Program-made: the position numbers and the translations under genes
Shown here: positions 29,873-43,211 of the stretch, piece after piece
Layout of the letters: each line of letters begins with the position of its first letter
Position numbering within the stretch: the stretch's first letter is position 1
The notes under the pieces: generated by a model
What the model was told of the DNA's origin: nothing
Database searches by the model: none
What the model saw: only the letters and a program-made list of their open reading frames with translations
NCBI RefSeq assembly: GCF_009914755.1
Contig: NC_060937.1
DNA: 64,000 nt
Source: the human T2T-CHM13v2.0 reference genome, Homo sapiens
Strand: one strand, 5' to 3'

Positions 29873-32800
29873 TCTATATACATGTGGCACATCTTTTGTA
29901 GTCGTCCTATAGTTCTTAGATATGCTGGTGTTCTTTCTTTCTTTCTTCATTATGTTTCTATTTGTTCTTCCATCTTGGAGATTTATACTGATATCCTCAG
30001 GGCAGAGAGTCTTTCCTCAGCTGTATCCAGTCTGCTGATAAGCGCCCATCAAAGGCATTCTTCACTTCTATTACTGTGTTTTTAACCTCTAGTATGTATT
30101 TAAGCATTGACTCAAATTTCCATCTATCTGTTTACATTGTCCATGTGTTCACGTAGGCTGTCCACTTTATCAGTTAGAGACCTTAACTTAATCACAGTTG
30201 TATTAAATTCCCAGTCTGAGAATCCCAACATCCCTGCCAAATCTGCGACTGTTTTTTGACAGTTGCTCTATCTCTTCAAGTTATTATTACTTGTCTTTTA
30301 CTATGTGTTGCAATATTTTATTGACAGCTGGAAATGATGTACTGCGTAAAAGGGATTAGTATAAATACGTTTTTATGAATATGGTGGTAAAATCTAGCTT
30401 GAAGGGAAGCATTCCATGGTTTCATGATTAAGTCTCAGTCCTTAGTGAGCCTGTGGCTCTGAATTGTGAACTTCATTTGTGTTTCTTTGTAGAATTTTTG
30501 TTTATTTTTTAACACCCTTGGGTGACACAGGATAATCACAGTTATTTTGAGTGGGATATTTCCCTTCCCACAAGTAAGTTAAGCTCTGTTAGAACCCCAG
30601 CAGGTTAGACTATGGTTAAATAGCTTCTCCTGAGAGCAGACCTTGTTAAGAACAGAATCCTCTGAAGTAGTTTTTAAAAGTTAATTTTCTCTGCCTCTGC
30701 CAAAGCATAAGTAGATTTTTCTCTGATGTTCACTGTGAGGACCTGGTAGAGTACCTGGTAGTAGTAAAATTCACTTAAGTGTGGCCTCCTTTTTCCTCAT
30801 CCCCCATTGACTTGTGTCCCCCTGGAGTTTTCATCTTGCAGGTTTTGCTACGCTGGATCTTCAGCAATTTAGCAATTACAAGTTAAGTTTTCCTATCTCA
30901 GGACTGGTTCCTGTGGAGGTTGCTGCCTATGGGTTTCTGCTCCAGTAAGATCTGATTCTTTGTATTTGCCTGATGTTCTCTCAAATTCTGGTGGCAGCTG
31001 TTTGCCTATTATGTCACTTTGCTTACTGATTTAAGAAGAGTTGTTGATTTTTTAGTTTGCCACATTTTTTATTATTAGGATGGAGTGTTGATTTCCAAGC
31101 TTCTTAAATGCCAACTGAAAACTCCTAAAATGGTTTTTTTTAATCATCCCTGTGTCCTTTCCATTTCATGTTTATTTAAATAATAATATTCTGAAGAAAA
31201 CAAGTACTGCTACTGACATTAAGTGTTAAGATATATAATACAATAATGTAGGAAGGTAAGATGGGACACGTTTTTAAGGATTAGTACTTTTACGGCACAT
31301 TAACAGAGGTCTGTGGCGTAACTCCCTTATAATCTTCCCAAAATTAAATGACTGTGGATTCATAATAAGAAGAAAAATCCTTCATTACAATACAGAACTA
31401 TAGGAAAAAAAATCACCAAAATGCCTGGAATGAAAAGAAATTTATCTTATTCAAAACACAAATAGATAAGATAAAATGATGGTATCATGGTTTGAACCAC
31501 AGATCCATTCCTGTGGGACTGGCATATATTTCTGGAAATTCAGAAGGGAATATCCTGAAAAAAGTAGCTATAAACTGATAGTTTGGAAAGAATGAGGACT
31601 AGAATCTTAGCAAAAATATATTTCATAGAAAATATAATTAAAATTTATTTTATATTTGTCGATTATTTGATTTCAACATCAGCTCTGCTAGAGAGCCTTA
31701 AGTTCCAAGCAACAAATATACTAAGAATGGTTTAACATATCACATGCATATCGTTCACTGAATAACGCAAAAAAACTAATGTAGGCCCCAAAGCTTAAGG
31801 ATGATTCAGTTGAAAAGACAATACATTAAACTGGTCATTGGAGAAGCAGGATTACCAAATATTCAAGAAATTGGTACACAGTGAAGTGGCCCTACTAGTA
31901 TTGAATTTGTTTCAATGTACTTGTCTTGTCTTTGAAAACAACTTGATCTCTGAAATGATAGCACAAATATCCATTTATTCCTAGTGTATAGAGAATGGCA
32001 ACTTATTGGGCAGAAGTAGAACAAAAGAAGTATCCATCTGCTTGTTAATAGATAATTAAGAGCTCCTATTAATTTTTACTCATTCAAGAACAGTGAAACA
32101 GAAAGACGGAATGCAATATATGTAGTGGATTCCTCAATAGAAATTATATTTTCCGAAAAAGGTGTACTTGGTCAGAAGGGGTAGATATTACAACAGTTTA
32201 TGACCCTCCAAAGGGCCATGGTACATAGATATATTGTATAGCTGTGGAATGGAAATTTTATGGAGGGAGTGAATTAATAAAAAGAAATCAACAAAAGATC
32301 CTTAGAGGAATAAAAATGAGGAAAAAAGATTGGCAAACTACAGATTTAGATTCAAAACAAAGGAGAAATATTTTTTCTATTGAGAGTCAAATGAGTGTTG
32401 GGAATCACAGTTTCAGAATAAGAGTTTTTGTATATTTCCCAATTAAATTTGTCTAAAAATTAAGTTGTGCAGGATTTGGTTGATACAAATAAATCTGAAA
32501 TCATTACACTCTGCGTGTTCCAGTTGGTCAGAGGTGGCTTTAGAAGCCCTGAACACGCAACGCAGCCTTCATTGGGTCCTGAGCCCTTATTGTGTTACAA
32601 TCTACCTCTGTTCCCACTGAGCCCAACCCCACTGACATGGCCAAATTAACTTTAGTTCACAATAAAACCAATCAAGCTCTATCGATCTTTACCTGGTTTT
32701 CTTTTGCTCACTACTATCCTGAAGAATATAAAGAATCACAGCACTTGGGTATACACTGAATAAAAGCAGAAAACTGATCGTGGATTTCTTCCCCATTAGA

Positions 32801-33109
32801 TTTTCAGCCTGAGAAAAGCTTGAGTTTGGAAGTTGACAAATTTTAAGTTGAATGAAAGTTCTTTGCAATGTTCCAGTTTGTTTTCTCTTTATTTACATGA
32901 GTCTGTACACAAACACTTAAAACCACTTATGTTTAAAACAATTTGGGGAATGTTTTGTGGCTACTATTAGGTCATTAACATAAGTTTTGAAACTCAATAT
33001 AACTTATGAAATTTTTCAGGTTTGTGTAGCAATGCATAAGTCTATAACAATCTACCTTTTCTTATTATAGATTCATACTAGTTATAGTAGGAATGAATCA
33101 TAAAGTACT

Positions 33110-33490
33110 TATTCTAATTAAAGTTTACATATTACTATTTTAAAAGGTATAATTCAGTAGTTTTTAATATATTCACTGATTTATGCAACCATTACCTCTT
33201 TCTAATTCTAGAACATTTTCGTCAACCCCAAATAAACACTATACTCATTAGCAGTCACTCTCCACTCCCACATAATCCTAGCCTCTGGAAACTACAAATC
33301 TCTATTATGTCATTCTATATTTGTCAATGAAGGCCATTTTATATGAATGGAATCATATAGTGTGTACATTTGAATTAGGCTTTTTTCACTTAGGACATCA
33401 TCAAGTTGCAGTATGTGTCAGTAGTTCATTCCTAGTTATGGTAGAACAATATTCAATTGTTTTGAGCCAATATTCCATCTCACATAACTT
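33110..33490 (-). mobile_element. L1MB-type 3' fragment
   Basis: GTATAATTCAGTAGTTTTTAATATATTCAC..TTCTAGAACATTTTC..CTCATTAGCAGTCACTC..ATGGAATCATATAG. Confidence 0.75.
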
Positions 33491-33959
33491 ATTTACTGGC
33501 ACGCTCATGATTGTGTAAAAATATTATGCTATTCAATGTTTCATTATTTATTATAAATCATGGGAAACAACTTAAGTTTCTATCTAAAGAGAGCTGGAAG
33601 GGAATCACTCCTTGGACAGTGTGGTAAGCATCTTAAAAAAATTGATCCTCCATTTATGTGATAAGAACACTGAAAAAAATAGTCAAAATAAACTTTTTTC
33701 AAACTCTTTAAATGATAAAAGGCTTACAAAAATCTGAGGAGCATTTACTGAATGTAAAACACAAGGTTCTTGGCATTTTAACTTACATTATTCCTTTTAC
33801 ACTACCCCAGGTCTGTGGGAGCTTTGAAAACCAACAGGTAGCATGACAAACAGGAGAATGTGCAAACCATCAGCTTAATGACCACTGAAAAGTTCAAAGT
33901 GGATTTGAATTTTCCCCAAAGCACCACTCTAGATAGCTGTAACTATCTGAATAGGTGAA

Positions 33960-35580
33960 ACAGAAAGTATATTTTTGATCTGTGAATCTATTCTGTATGG
34001 CACTATAATAGTGGATATATGACACTATACATTTGTCAAAGCCCACAGAATAATATGAAAAACAAGGTGAACTTTAATGTATGAAAAAATGTTAAGGAAT
34101 AAATTATGAAGTTGGGGGATCCTAGGATGGAATTCCGACTGTCACAGAAGAATGTAATTATAATATGTGAGACAATTTCATGGAAGGGATAGGGAAAATG
34201 TTTTTGCCTATATTATTTTGAAAAAGAGTGGATATTATCAGACTAAACACAAAAGGATCAGTAAACAAGCAGAGTTTGTTTGGCAATGTTGTTATTCATG
34301 AGATTAAGCTAACAACGCTGAAGCCACTATAATTGAATACTGAAACTGAACAAGTAAGTAAGTGAATGGCAGAAGCTGACTCCTGGGAGCTAGATGTCTC
34401 ACTGTTGGAATGAAAGGTTACAGACAGAGTCAAGGAGGCTAGAATAAACCATGTGATACCATGTTAAACACACACACACACTTTCAAGCTATGTTTGCTG
34501 AGAAGGTCTGCTGAGAAGCAGTGACACCTCAATAGCAATAAGCCGATCTTGTTTTTAAAAAACTATCACCCAATTAAAAAACGCAGGGATCCTTGACAAA
34601 AAGCAGACCCATGAATTGGCTAGGGAATATATAAGGTGAGCCTGGAGTAGTCTATGTGCCAGAGGGTAAGGATGTGCTCAAAAAGCACCATGGTGGAGAC
34701 ACTTCACAGGGACACAGGATCCAATTAAGAAACCTCCCAAGGGACAAAGCTGGAAGAATTTGAGCAACATAATGAATAAATATTGAATTACATATAAAAG
34801 AAATATCTATGGCTCCATTCTGGTGGAAGTTATTGAATAAGTTAGTAAATAAGGGAGACTAGAGAAAACACCCAATCAGAAGTATTTGAAAAAATTTATG
34901 TAGCTATCTCTACATTAAGAAGGTGGAACATAACTCTTCATTCCTTATGTGTATGGTGCACATGGCGAGTTTCTCCACAATAATATAGTTTGGAAAGCGT
35001 GGAAAATGAATAACTCCACAGTAAAGATCCTGATGAATACTATCTTAGTCAACATCAATAGTCATAAATCGCATTGATAGTATGTAGCCTTGACAGTAAT
35101 GTAATGAGAAAGGTTCTTTAGCTCTGTATATTTCTTCCTCCTGAAAGCCTTCAACTCCAGTCTAGCAGGACTGGAGTCCTTCCAGTCTAGAAGGACATCA
35201 GTAAAACCTCAACTGAGAGGTTGTCTACAAAATATCTGACTAGTACTCCTTAAAACTGTCAAAGTCTTCCAAAACTAGGAAAGCCCGAGAAATTGTCACA
35301 ATCAAAAGGATACTAAGTAGATACAATTATTAAAGGTAGTGTTTTATCCTGGAATGGGTCTTAAAACAGAGAAAAAGATACTAAGTTAAAAACTAAGGAT
35401 ATCTGTATAACATACGGACATTAGCTGATAATAATGCATCAATATTAATTTATTAGTTATTTCAAATGTATCATAGTAGTATCAAATCTTAAGATAGAAA
35501 AGTTGATGCATGCTATGGAGAAACTCTGTATAATGCTTGTAAGTTTCCTACAAACGGAAAACAATTTCAAAAGAAAAAAA
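33960..35580 (+). mobile_element. L1MC3/MC4/MD-type long 3'UTR
   Basis: TATTCTGTATGGCACTATAATAGTGGATA..ACATTTGTCAAAGCCCACAGAA, CCTTAAAACTGTCAAAGTC, and an A-rich end at ~35570. Confidence 0.75.
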
Positions 35581-35768
35581 TGCATTTAAAATATCACAAA
35601 ACACAAAGAAAAAAGAGATATAAATTATAAGGAAAATATAAAAATGATTAGATAATAAATACAGTGAAATAGGGATTTAAATAAAGATTTAAAATAAGAA
35701 TATACAAAGGTGCAAATAGAGCAGGTGGAATTAATCACATAAAGAAGAAAAGAATAGTAACAAACACA

Positions 35769-36280
35769 AGACAGAGTTGTTTTGAAAGGTGGTGGGGTGG
35801 GGAATGTTTCTCTCTCACTTTACCACATTAAAGACATAAATCTGTTATCTTTGAGCTGTGAGGACTATACTGCCCACTGCACTGCAAATTGTATATACCA
35901 TACTAGATTTTTCATTGTCTTTTCCATGAAATGAAGTTAAGAAAATTATTTTCCCTTTGCAGGTTGCTCACAGTTTTGTTTATGCATTTCCTTAAAATTA
36001 ATTGTAGACTCCAGGACACAATAGTAGGCAATACAATTTTAGAATATAATATATAGAGGTATATTTAGCCTCTTTTAGAAGTCAGTGAATTGAATGTCTT
36101 TTTATTTCAAATTTTACATTCATTAAGGTGCCTCGTTTTTTACTTTGTCCATTAACATTTCTCCATATGACTTTGCAATAACTAGATTGTGAAAAGCTAA
36201 CAAGTGTTGTAGCAACAATCCATTGTTTGAGTTGCTTGAAGTTGTCTTAAAGTGTTTTTTTTCCAAAAAAGAAAGAAATC
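35769..36280 (+). pseudogene. Probable 5'-truncated processed pseudogene consisting only of mRNA 3'UTR
   Basis: Non-TE, UTR-like sequence ending GTGTTTTTTTTCC plus A-rich AAAAAAGAAAGAAA. Flanked by imperfect direct repeat TAACAAAyACA (35758-35768 and 36281-36291). From memory it resembles an SR-protein (SRSF-family) distal 3'UTR; the parent is unverified. Confidence 0.6.
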
Positions 36281-36999
36281 TAACAAATACACATAGCCTA
36301 CTGTCATTTTTGAATTTCCAGCATTAAGAAAAGTCTACATGCATTCAAACAAATAAAAAAACTCTGTGATGCCAGTAGTATATTTAGAGTTACAGAAAAA
36401 AATTGTAATTAGTACACTTTCAGCAAGTCAATATATTGTTTATACACAAAAATAACAAGAAAACACTTTTTTTCATGCAAAAACTCTGGCAGCATTCCAG
36501 AGGGAGTCTTCCGTATAATTTCTACATAATCAATCACAGTCATGATCATTTTACTATTATAGCTAATAATATTTGAACATTTATGATACACAAGTCATGT
36601 AATGCACCATTTTGTTTAAGCTGAACATTCAATTTTTATCATCTGTGTTTCATAGAAGAGTACAATGAGGCTCAGATAATTTAGTAACAAACACCAAATC
36701 ATAAATGATTTAATTATTTATAGTGAACTGTATTTAATAATGCAGACATCTAGAAATAAATAAAAATTAAATATTTTTAAAAATTGAAATAATCTCCACA
36801 GATCTGTAATACATTATATTAGGATGTTGTTAACACCTGATGATATGATTTTGAAATATTGTGAACATATAAATAATTTAATATAGAGTTTTCTTTTAAC
36901 TTTAGGGGACATAAATTTTCATTGCTAAAAGAAACATTTCACCATTTTTTTCTTCAAATTTCTGATTTTCTTTGTGTACATTAATGATTACTAAGGAAT

Positions 37000-37950
37000 A
37001 TAATCTATGTGGGGGCTTTTCTGGATGGACTGCATCCAAGTTCACATTCTATCTTATTTAATTGAGAATGCTGGAAGATTAGAGACTACTACATGCTGGA
37101 AGATTAGAGGCCACTATAGCCCAAACTCTCCTGAATCCAGAAACTTCACTTAAAACATTTCATGTACATTTTTGAGACTTGGAAGTGATGTCAGAGGCCA
37201 CCTGTCTGGAGTGGCCACTGTTAAGGTGCCCGCTGCAGCGAGGAAGGCATGGCCGGGGGGCTACGCATGCAACGGAGCCGCCAGGAGCCTGGAAGAGGCA
37301 GGAACCCCGCTCCCTTATGCGTTGGTGGGGTGGGAGCCCTCCCCTCCCAGGTGTGGCTGCAGCCACCCAGCCGCAGCTCTGTACCCGGGCATCCCTACAC
37401 TCTTGCTCCATGCATGGCTTACCCTTATCAGGCATGGGATCTTGGCGGGTAGGGTGTCTGCCGGGCCTAGTGTGCAGAAGGAGCCCAGCGGGTCCAAACA
37501 AATCTCAGGTAAAGGCGCCACTGGGCACAGAGGTTTCTGGCTGGTGAAATGACACTCGAAAGATCCTGTGACAGAAGCAAAAACGAGTCACAGATTATTA
37601 TACTACAGTACTTGACTGCTAGCAGGCAGGGTGCTGCCAAGCAGGAGTATGGAAATATGAGCCATTCCTGGACAGTCTCCCACTCTCCATTTTTTTCTTC
37701 TGGGTGTGAGAGGTAGCCATGTCAAAAGCTATAATTTTTTTTCTTTTTTGCTTCTGGTTTACCCTAATGTAATTGGATTGAGTTGTAGTATTGCCCACTG
37801 TTGAATCACTTCTGTAATATTCTTGGAGACAAAATAGAGCCTGTTTTTCAGTCTTCCCATCTATTTTGTAAGCACCTTGTATTACATCCTCTCCTACCTG
37901 AAATTTTTAGACTGCTTTGTTTTGTTTCCCTAGTGGACAAATAGCATACA
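37000..37950 (+). mobile_element. Old ERVL LTR (LTR33-like), interrupted by MER52
   Basis: 3' end TGTATTACATCCTCTCCTACCTGAAATTTTTAGACTGCTTTG..TGGAC..ATACA resembles the LTR33 terminus. Left boundary is uncertain. Confidence 0.45.
37186..37573 (+). mobile_element. MER52-family ERV1 solo LTR, internally deleted
   Basis: Start TGATGTCAGAGGCCACCTGTCTGGAGTGGCC and end GGCGCCACTGGGCACAGAGGTTTCTGGCTGG..GATCCTGTGACA. 4-bp TSD GAAG at 37182-37185 and 37574-37577. GC-rich island. Confidence 0.9.
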
Positions 37951-40900
37951 TTCATTTTCATACTTCTGATTTAAATTAAAAATAAAAGTATGTGTCTTCA
38001 CATACACAATAAAATCTTAAAATATTTATGGAACCTTGCCTGCTTAACATCTGTTGTGGAAGGCAGCACTCTAGAGCTGTACCCTTAGATTCCATCCATG
38101 CAGCGAAAAAGGATTCTGCTCTAGAGAGTCAGAAAGACTTGAGATCTTCTACTGAGCCTAGAGTTCTTGCTGGCATGTGAGGCCAGCCTGAATTCCACCT
38201 TCTGGTTCAGAGAAACAAAAGTGCTGAAAATTTTAGCAATGTTACTTATAATAATTGATTTTCTCAAAATATTTTTCATCTGGTGTCCTCCAAGCTCTCC
38301 AATATTTCATAATATTAAAGTTATTAGCAGGAAAAGTGTGACATGGCTTCTATCTTGCTGTAAAATTCATGAGTCTTTCAGTTATTTCTAGACTTCTGGA
38401 ATAGACAGTGTTGCTCCAAGTGTTTATAAATAGTCCTAATAATATCTAGCATCTGCTCATGGGAGTATGTAAGAGTCGAGTGAGACGTGGAACTTTCTTC
38501 CCACCCCTCCCAAAATATTATAATTGTTGATGTTATAATAGTCCAGTATAGAAAGGCAGTGCATATTGTCTCAGGAACCTACAGAAACACATAGACTAGG
38601 GCCACTCTGCCCTCCTTACAAGTGTAAAATGCCTTACATCACAGGCTCATACATAGAAAAAGAAGATGATTTATGTAATTTTTTTTCACGTCACTCCACA
38701 TTTTGCAAAAATTCTGTTTGAGGTTTAGGTTCTTGAATTTATCTTTTACAATCTAAATATCCGTTTTCTGTAATACTTCTTTTCTATATTTGATAATAAA
38801 AGAAAAAAATATCATTTAAGTTGTTCCAGATTAGCTCAATTGGTATTTTTTAGTCATAGAATCTGATAGTCTAAGCAACAATTCTGCAACTCTGAATATG
38901 TACTATATTTAAAATTAGGCATCTGAATAAACAGGTGTGAGCTAGTTCAAAGAAAAAAAACACCACTTTTTCTTCCTACTGTCATTAAACTCAAAAGTAT
39001 ATCACAAATTTACTTCTTTATGTATATCTTCCTAAGAAAATAACCACACTTATTTCATATGAATTGATGATGGTTTGAGTTAAGTTTATCATGAAGTATA
39101 TTTTTATTCTGTATTTTAATGATAAAATCCCTTCAATTTATGGGAGAACATTTATTTGACATAGTGACTATGTCATTTAAATTATATAATTTGCATCATG
39201 AATTATAAAGGGTTTGACTTTAGTATTTATAAAGAAACATCACTTGGAACTACCTTATTCAAGAGTCTTACTATAAACAATTGGTCAAATTTTATAATTT
39301 TGAAAAGAAATGCATGTTTCAAAATCAGTTAAAGGTTGAAACTTATCATTATATTTTATAATTTTTGCTCCAAGTGAGAAACTTCCCAAGATAGTCTTTG
39401 ACATTGTATGACTGATGAAGCAAATTTTATCGTGCATGAAAAAGGAAGGTAAAATAGTCAATATATTTTATGATAGTATATATTTATCACATTGTTCTTG
39501 CAAAATACTATGTAAATATTTTCTATAATCTTCATTTTTTGTTAAACTGTAGTTATTTTTATGTTTTAGCTGTTATTTTATGATATACAATTTGAAGGAG
39601 TAATTTCAAACTTTTGCACAGAATTAATGATGTTAGGAAATACTTTTGTCATATGAAACTAGAGATAACCCAAAGAAATGATTAAAAAATACCATGAGTA
39701 TAGAAATTACTACAAGCAGAAATAAATACATGCACACATACATACATACATATATCATATTCTGATATGTGTTGCTAAACTATTTTGTGCCTTATAAGTA
39801 GTTGGGAAATTACCAAAGCTGTATCATGTTTATTCATTGCCACTGGGCCATAACTAGTTTTTGATTTTTGATTTTTGTAAAAGCATTATTGTAATTACAT
39901 ATTACAATAATATGTAAATAAAAGTATTTACATATTATTTTTTGTAGCATTTTACTGCATTTCCCCCTCACACCTGTTTAATAAAAGGTAAAATAATGTA
40001 TGTGGAAGTTAACAGTTTAACATGTTGCATATCAGCATAACATCAAACTGTGGTGTCTCAAATATAAATTTAAGGACACTTCACCTATGCCTGGGAATAT
40101 TATTCAGTCTTCCATATAATGGTAGCAGCTACTCTGGAATTTCTCTAATGGAAGGGTATGGAGTTGGAATATGATTGTAAGGGGCAAGAGGACCAGGAAA
40201 GTCGTATGCATGAAAACATTATTTTAGTTTTGACTCTGCATGCTGGTGTGTCATGGTAGGTAGTGACAATGACTCCTCTTACGTGAATCCATGTTTGCAT
40301 AGCAATTATAATGCATTTATTTACAGGATTTTTTTGGACAAATGAAGTATGGGTCTAATAGAGATGAGAAGTATGACGGTAAGGCTAATTTAAGCTTTTT
40401 TTTTTTTCCAACCCCATCAGGAGAACAAAAATTAACTAAATACCAAAACTAGCTATCTTTGAACAATGGGATGTTCCTAATCAGTTATTATTACAGGAAC
40501 AAAGTGTATGATACCAGAATGGATATTCCCAAATAGAATGTGTCAAAATTCAACCTCAATATACATAGATTACATCACCTTTCAAGAAGTGATCTATAAA
40601 ATGAACCTTCTCCACAAGCCAATCCAACAACTGGGTGGCTAGTTCACATTCTAAAACACTCCATATCTATTTATGCTGACTTTTAGAAGCTTTCCCATTT
40701 GTAACATTTCCTATACTCATTGAATATGATTTTTTTTTTGCCCATCTTTTTACAACAGACTGATCTTTTCTAGGATTACTTTATTCAATTTTATTTTGAA
40801 GCATGTGGCAAATTTCAGACACTTCAGTTATACTTTATGTTGAATAAAAAAAGTATAAAAGAAGGAGAAAGAGAAAAAATAATAATTGATGCTATTAGTA

Positions 40901-41839
40901 ATGCAAAAATAATGAATGCCTTTTTGCAGTTATTTAGATATTGTTTTATCACTGAATGTTTGTTATAATAAATATTAATTGTGAAAATTTAGAAATGTCA
41001 AAGTAATGTAAAAAGAAAATAAAGTGTGCTTTTATACACTCCACGTAAGAATACCAAATTTCAGAATGTACTTTTAAAAGAATATTACTCTTTATATTGC
41101 TATCCTAACCTGTTAATCTTTACAAAAATCAGACTACCCATTTCTGTGGATCATCTGTACCGTAGACTTAGGGAAGAAACAAACCAGAAGACAGACATAT
41201 ACTAAGGAACCAATATAAAAACCTTAAGTTTTTGGCTTGAGGTAATTAAATCTTAAAAAACAAAGTATTATTGCTATTCTTGAATAATTTTCCATGACCA
41301 GTCTTCCAGTTAATCTTTCACTTTGTTCCTGCAGGCCTCAGGCACACAATCTGTTTTCCCTCCTCACTAGCTCCCAACACATACTTCTCCCACCTGGCTT
41401 CCTTTTTTGCTCAAGCCTGCAGCGTACTAGGATGCTGTGTCTTCAACTTTTCTGAATTTTATCAGTTCATAAATATAACACAAAGACAATTTTAATTTAA
41501 ACCAGTTTCCTATTAATTTCCAAGAGGAGATAAAAAAGAGAAACAAAAATAAACCAATTTAAAATATAAGAAACATAGAAGGAAAATGTAAATTTTCCAA
41601 TATCTAAAAAACTCTCATTTTTTTTTTGTATAGACTCTAGTCCCTGCCTCACTTTTATAGACAGTATCCTAAATGCTTCGAAGACCTCTTAATGCCATTC
41701 TGTTATTCCTAAGGTTAGAAATTCTTCCTTCCTTGCCAGTACCAGGGAAAACAGAATTCTAGTTTTCCTCCCTCCCTCCTTACAGATTGTTTTCAATCAA
41801 TCACTAATTGTTATTTTTTTATTCAATTAAACACTAGTC

Positions 41840-42591
41840 TAGGCACTCTTGTGAAGTGGCTTTGAAGATGAATGAATGAGGATATTAATCAGCTTACAAT
41901 AAATTAGGAAGTTTATTGCATATTATCTGAATGGACTCGCTGTACTCACAAGTGCCTTTAAAAACAGTTAACAATAATGCATTATATAGATTCAAATAGC
42001 AAGAAGAATATTGAATATTCCCAACACACACAAAAAAAGATAAATGTTTGAGATGATGGATATGCTCATTACCCTGATCTGATCACTATACATTATAGAC
42101 ATGAAAACATTACAATGTACCCCATGAATATGTACAATTATTTGCCAATTTAAACATTAAATTTTATTTTAAAAAAGAAGAAAAGAAAAATGGAAGAGTC
42201 AGTTCATAATTTAACTGAAGAAGAGTCAGGAGACATAATATGGAAGGGAAAGCACTGTTGCTGGTACAGTGGACCATGTAGAGAGCTTGAGAAAAAGAGA
42301 AAGGTAGCCTCTGTGAACAAGGACCAGTCCCAACTGGAGGCAGGAACTTCAGTCCTGTAGCTGCAAATAATTGAATCTAGTCAACAAACTGAAGGAGACT
42401 AGGGACAGAATATCTTCAGAGCCTTCAGTGGCTTCACAAAGCCACTTAGATCCTGGCTTTGTGAAATATAAAGCAAAGACATCATTTGAGTCATCCTAGA
42501 CTTCTGGACTGCAGAAAAATGAGATAATAAACTTGTGTTATTTTAAGCTACTACATTTGTGAATTTTTATGGCAGCATGGAAATCTAATAC
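41840..42591 (+). mobile_element. MaLR LTR MLT1D/E-like, interrupted by an L1 3' end
   Basis: CTTCAGTCCTGTAGCTGCAA..GACTTCTGGACTGCAGAA..GAGATAATAAAC..TTTTAAGCTACTA..CTAATACA. Confidence 0.8.
41962..42188 (+). mobile_element. L1MA 3' terminal fragment inserted in MLT1
   Basis: GATAAATGTTTGAGATGATGGATATGCTCATTACCCTGATCTGATCACTATACATT followed by an A-rich tail. Confidence 0.88.
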
Positions 42592-42630
42592 AAGTACAAA
42601 AGCCCAAATCTTAATTTTCTGCAAACTATT

Positions 42631-43211
42631 TGTCAACCTAAAAGACAGAGAGAGGCTCTGTAAAAGGAAATGGCATTTATTCTGGAATAGGGCATTACAA
42701 TGGGAATACACATGCCATAGTAAACTATGTGTAAATTCAGGAAGGTAAAGGAAGACAAAGACTTTTAAAGAAATAAATGAGAAGGATTGCATCGTTGTTC
42801 TGAGATAATTACACTTGGCTACAAGGATCACTAATCCCTAGAGAGAGAGAGTGCTGGGGAAAATGCCAGACATGTGTCAAGCAACCAGATCACATGAGAA
42901 CTCCCTCACTATCTTGAGAACAGCAGAGGCCCCATGATCCAATTACCTCCCACCAAGTCCCTGCCTTGACACCTGGGGATTACAATTAAAGATGAGATTT
43001 GGGTGGGAACACAAACCCAAACTGTATCAGCTGTAATGACATTTGTTCAACGTTGTAGTTTTTGCAGGGTCTTTTTGCAATAGTCTTGTTATCAGATACA
43101 TGCATGAGAACCATCTCTTCATGGGCTTCCCTGGCTCTCTCTGTCAGATTTGTTTTTTTAATTTTTTTTTTTCCTGCAAGTGATTCCATTTTAATTTAGA
43201 TGACTTTCAGA
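42631..43211 (-). mobile_element. ERV1 solo LTR (MER93-like) containing an MST fragment
   Basis: TGTCAACCTAAA..GGGCATTACAATGGGAATA..GCCATAGTAAACTATGTG. 4-bp TSD TATT at 42627-42630 and 43212-43215. Confidence 0.8.
42838..43029 (-). mobile_element. Partial MSTA/MSTB LTR
   Basis: CCCCATGATCCAATTACCTCCCACCA..GGGGATTACAATT..GATGAGATTTGGGTGGG..TATCA. Confidence 0.9.

Noticed and set aside
37160-37552. Five overlapping GC-rich ORFs, apparent CpG island or gene start
   Set aside because: They lie essentially within the MER52 LTR; high GC lowers stop-codon frequency and many CpGs have decayed to TG/CA.
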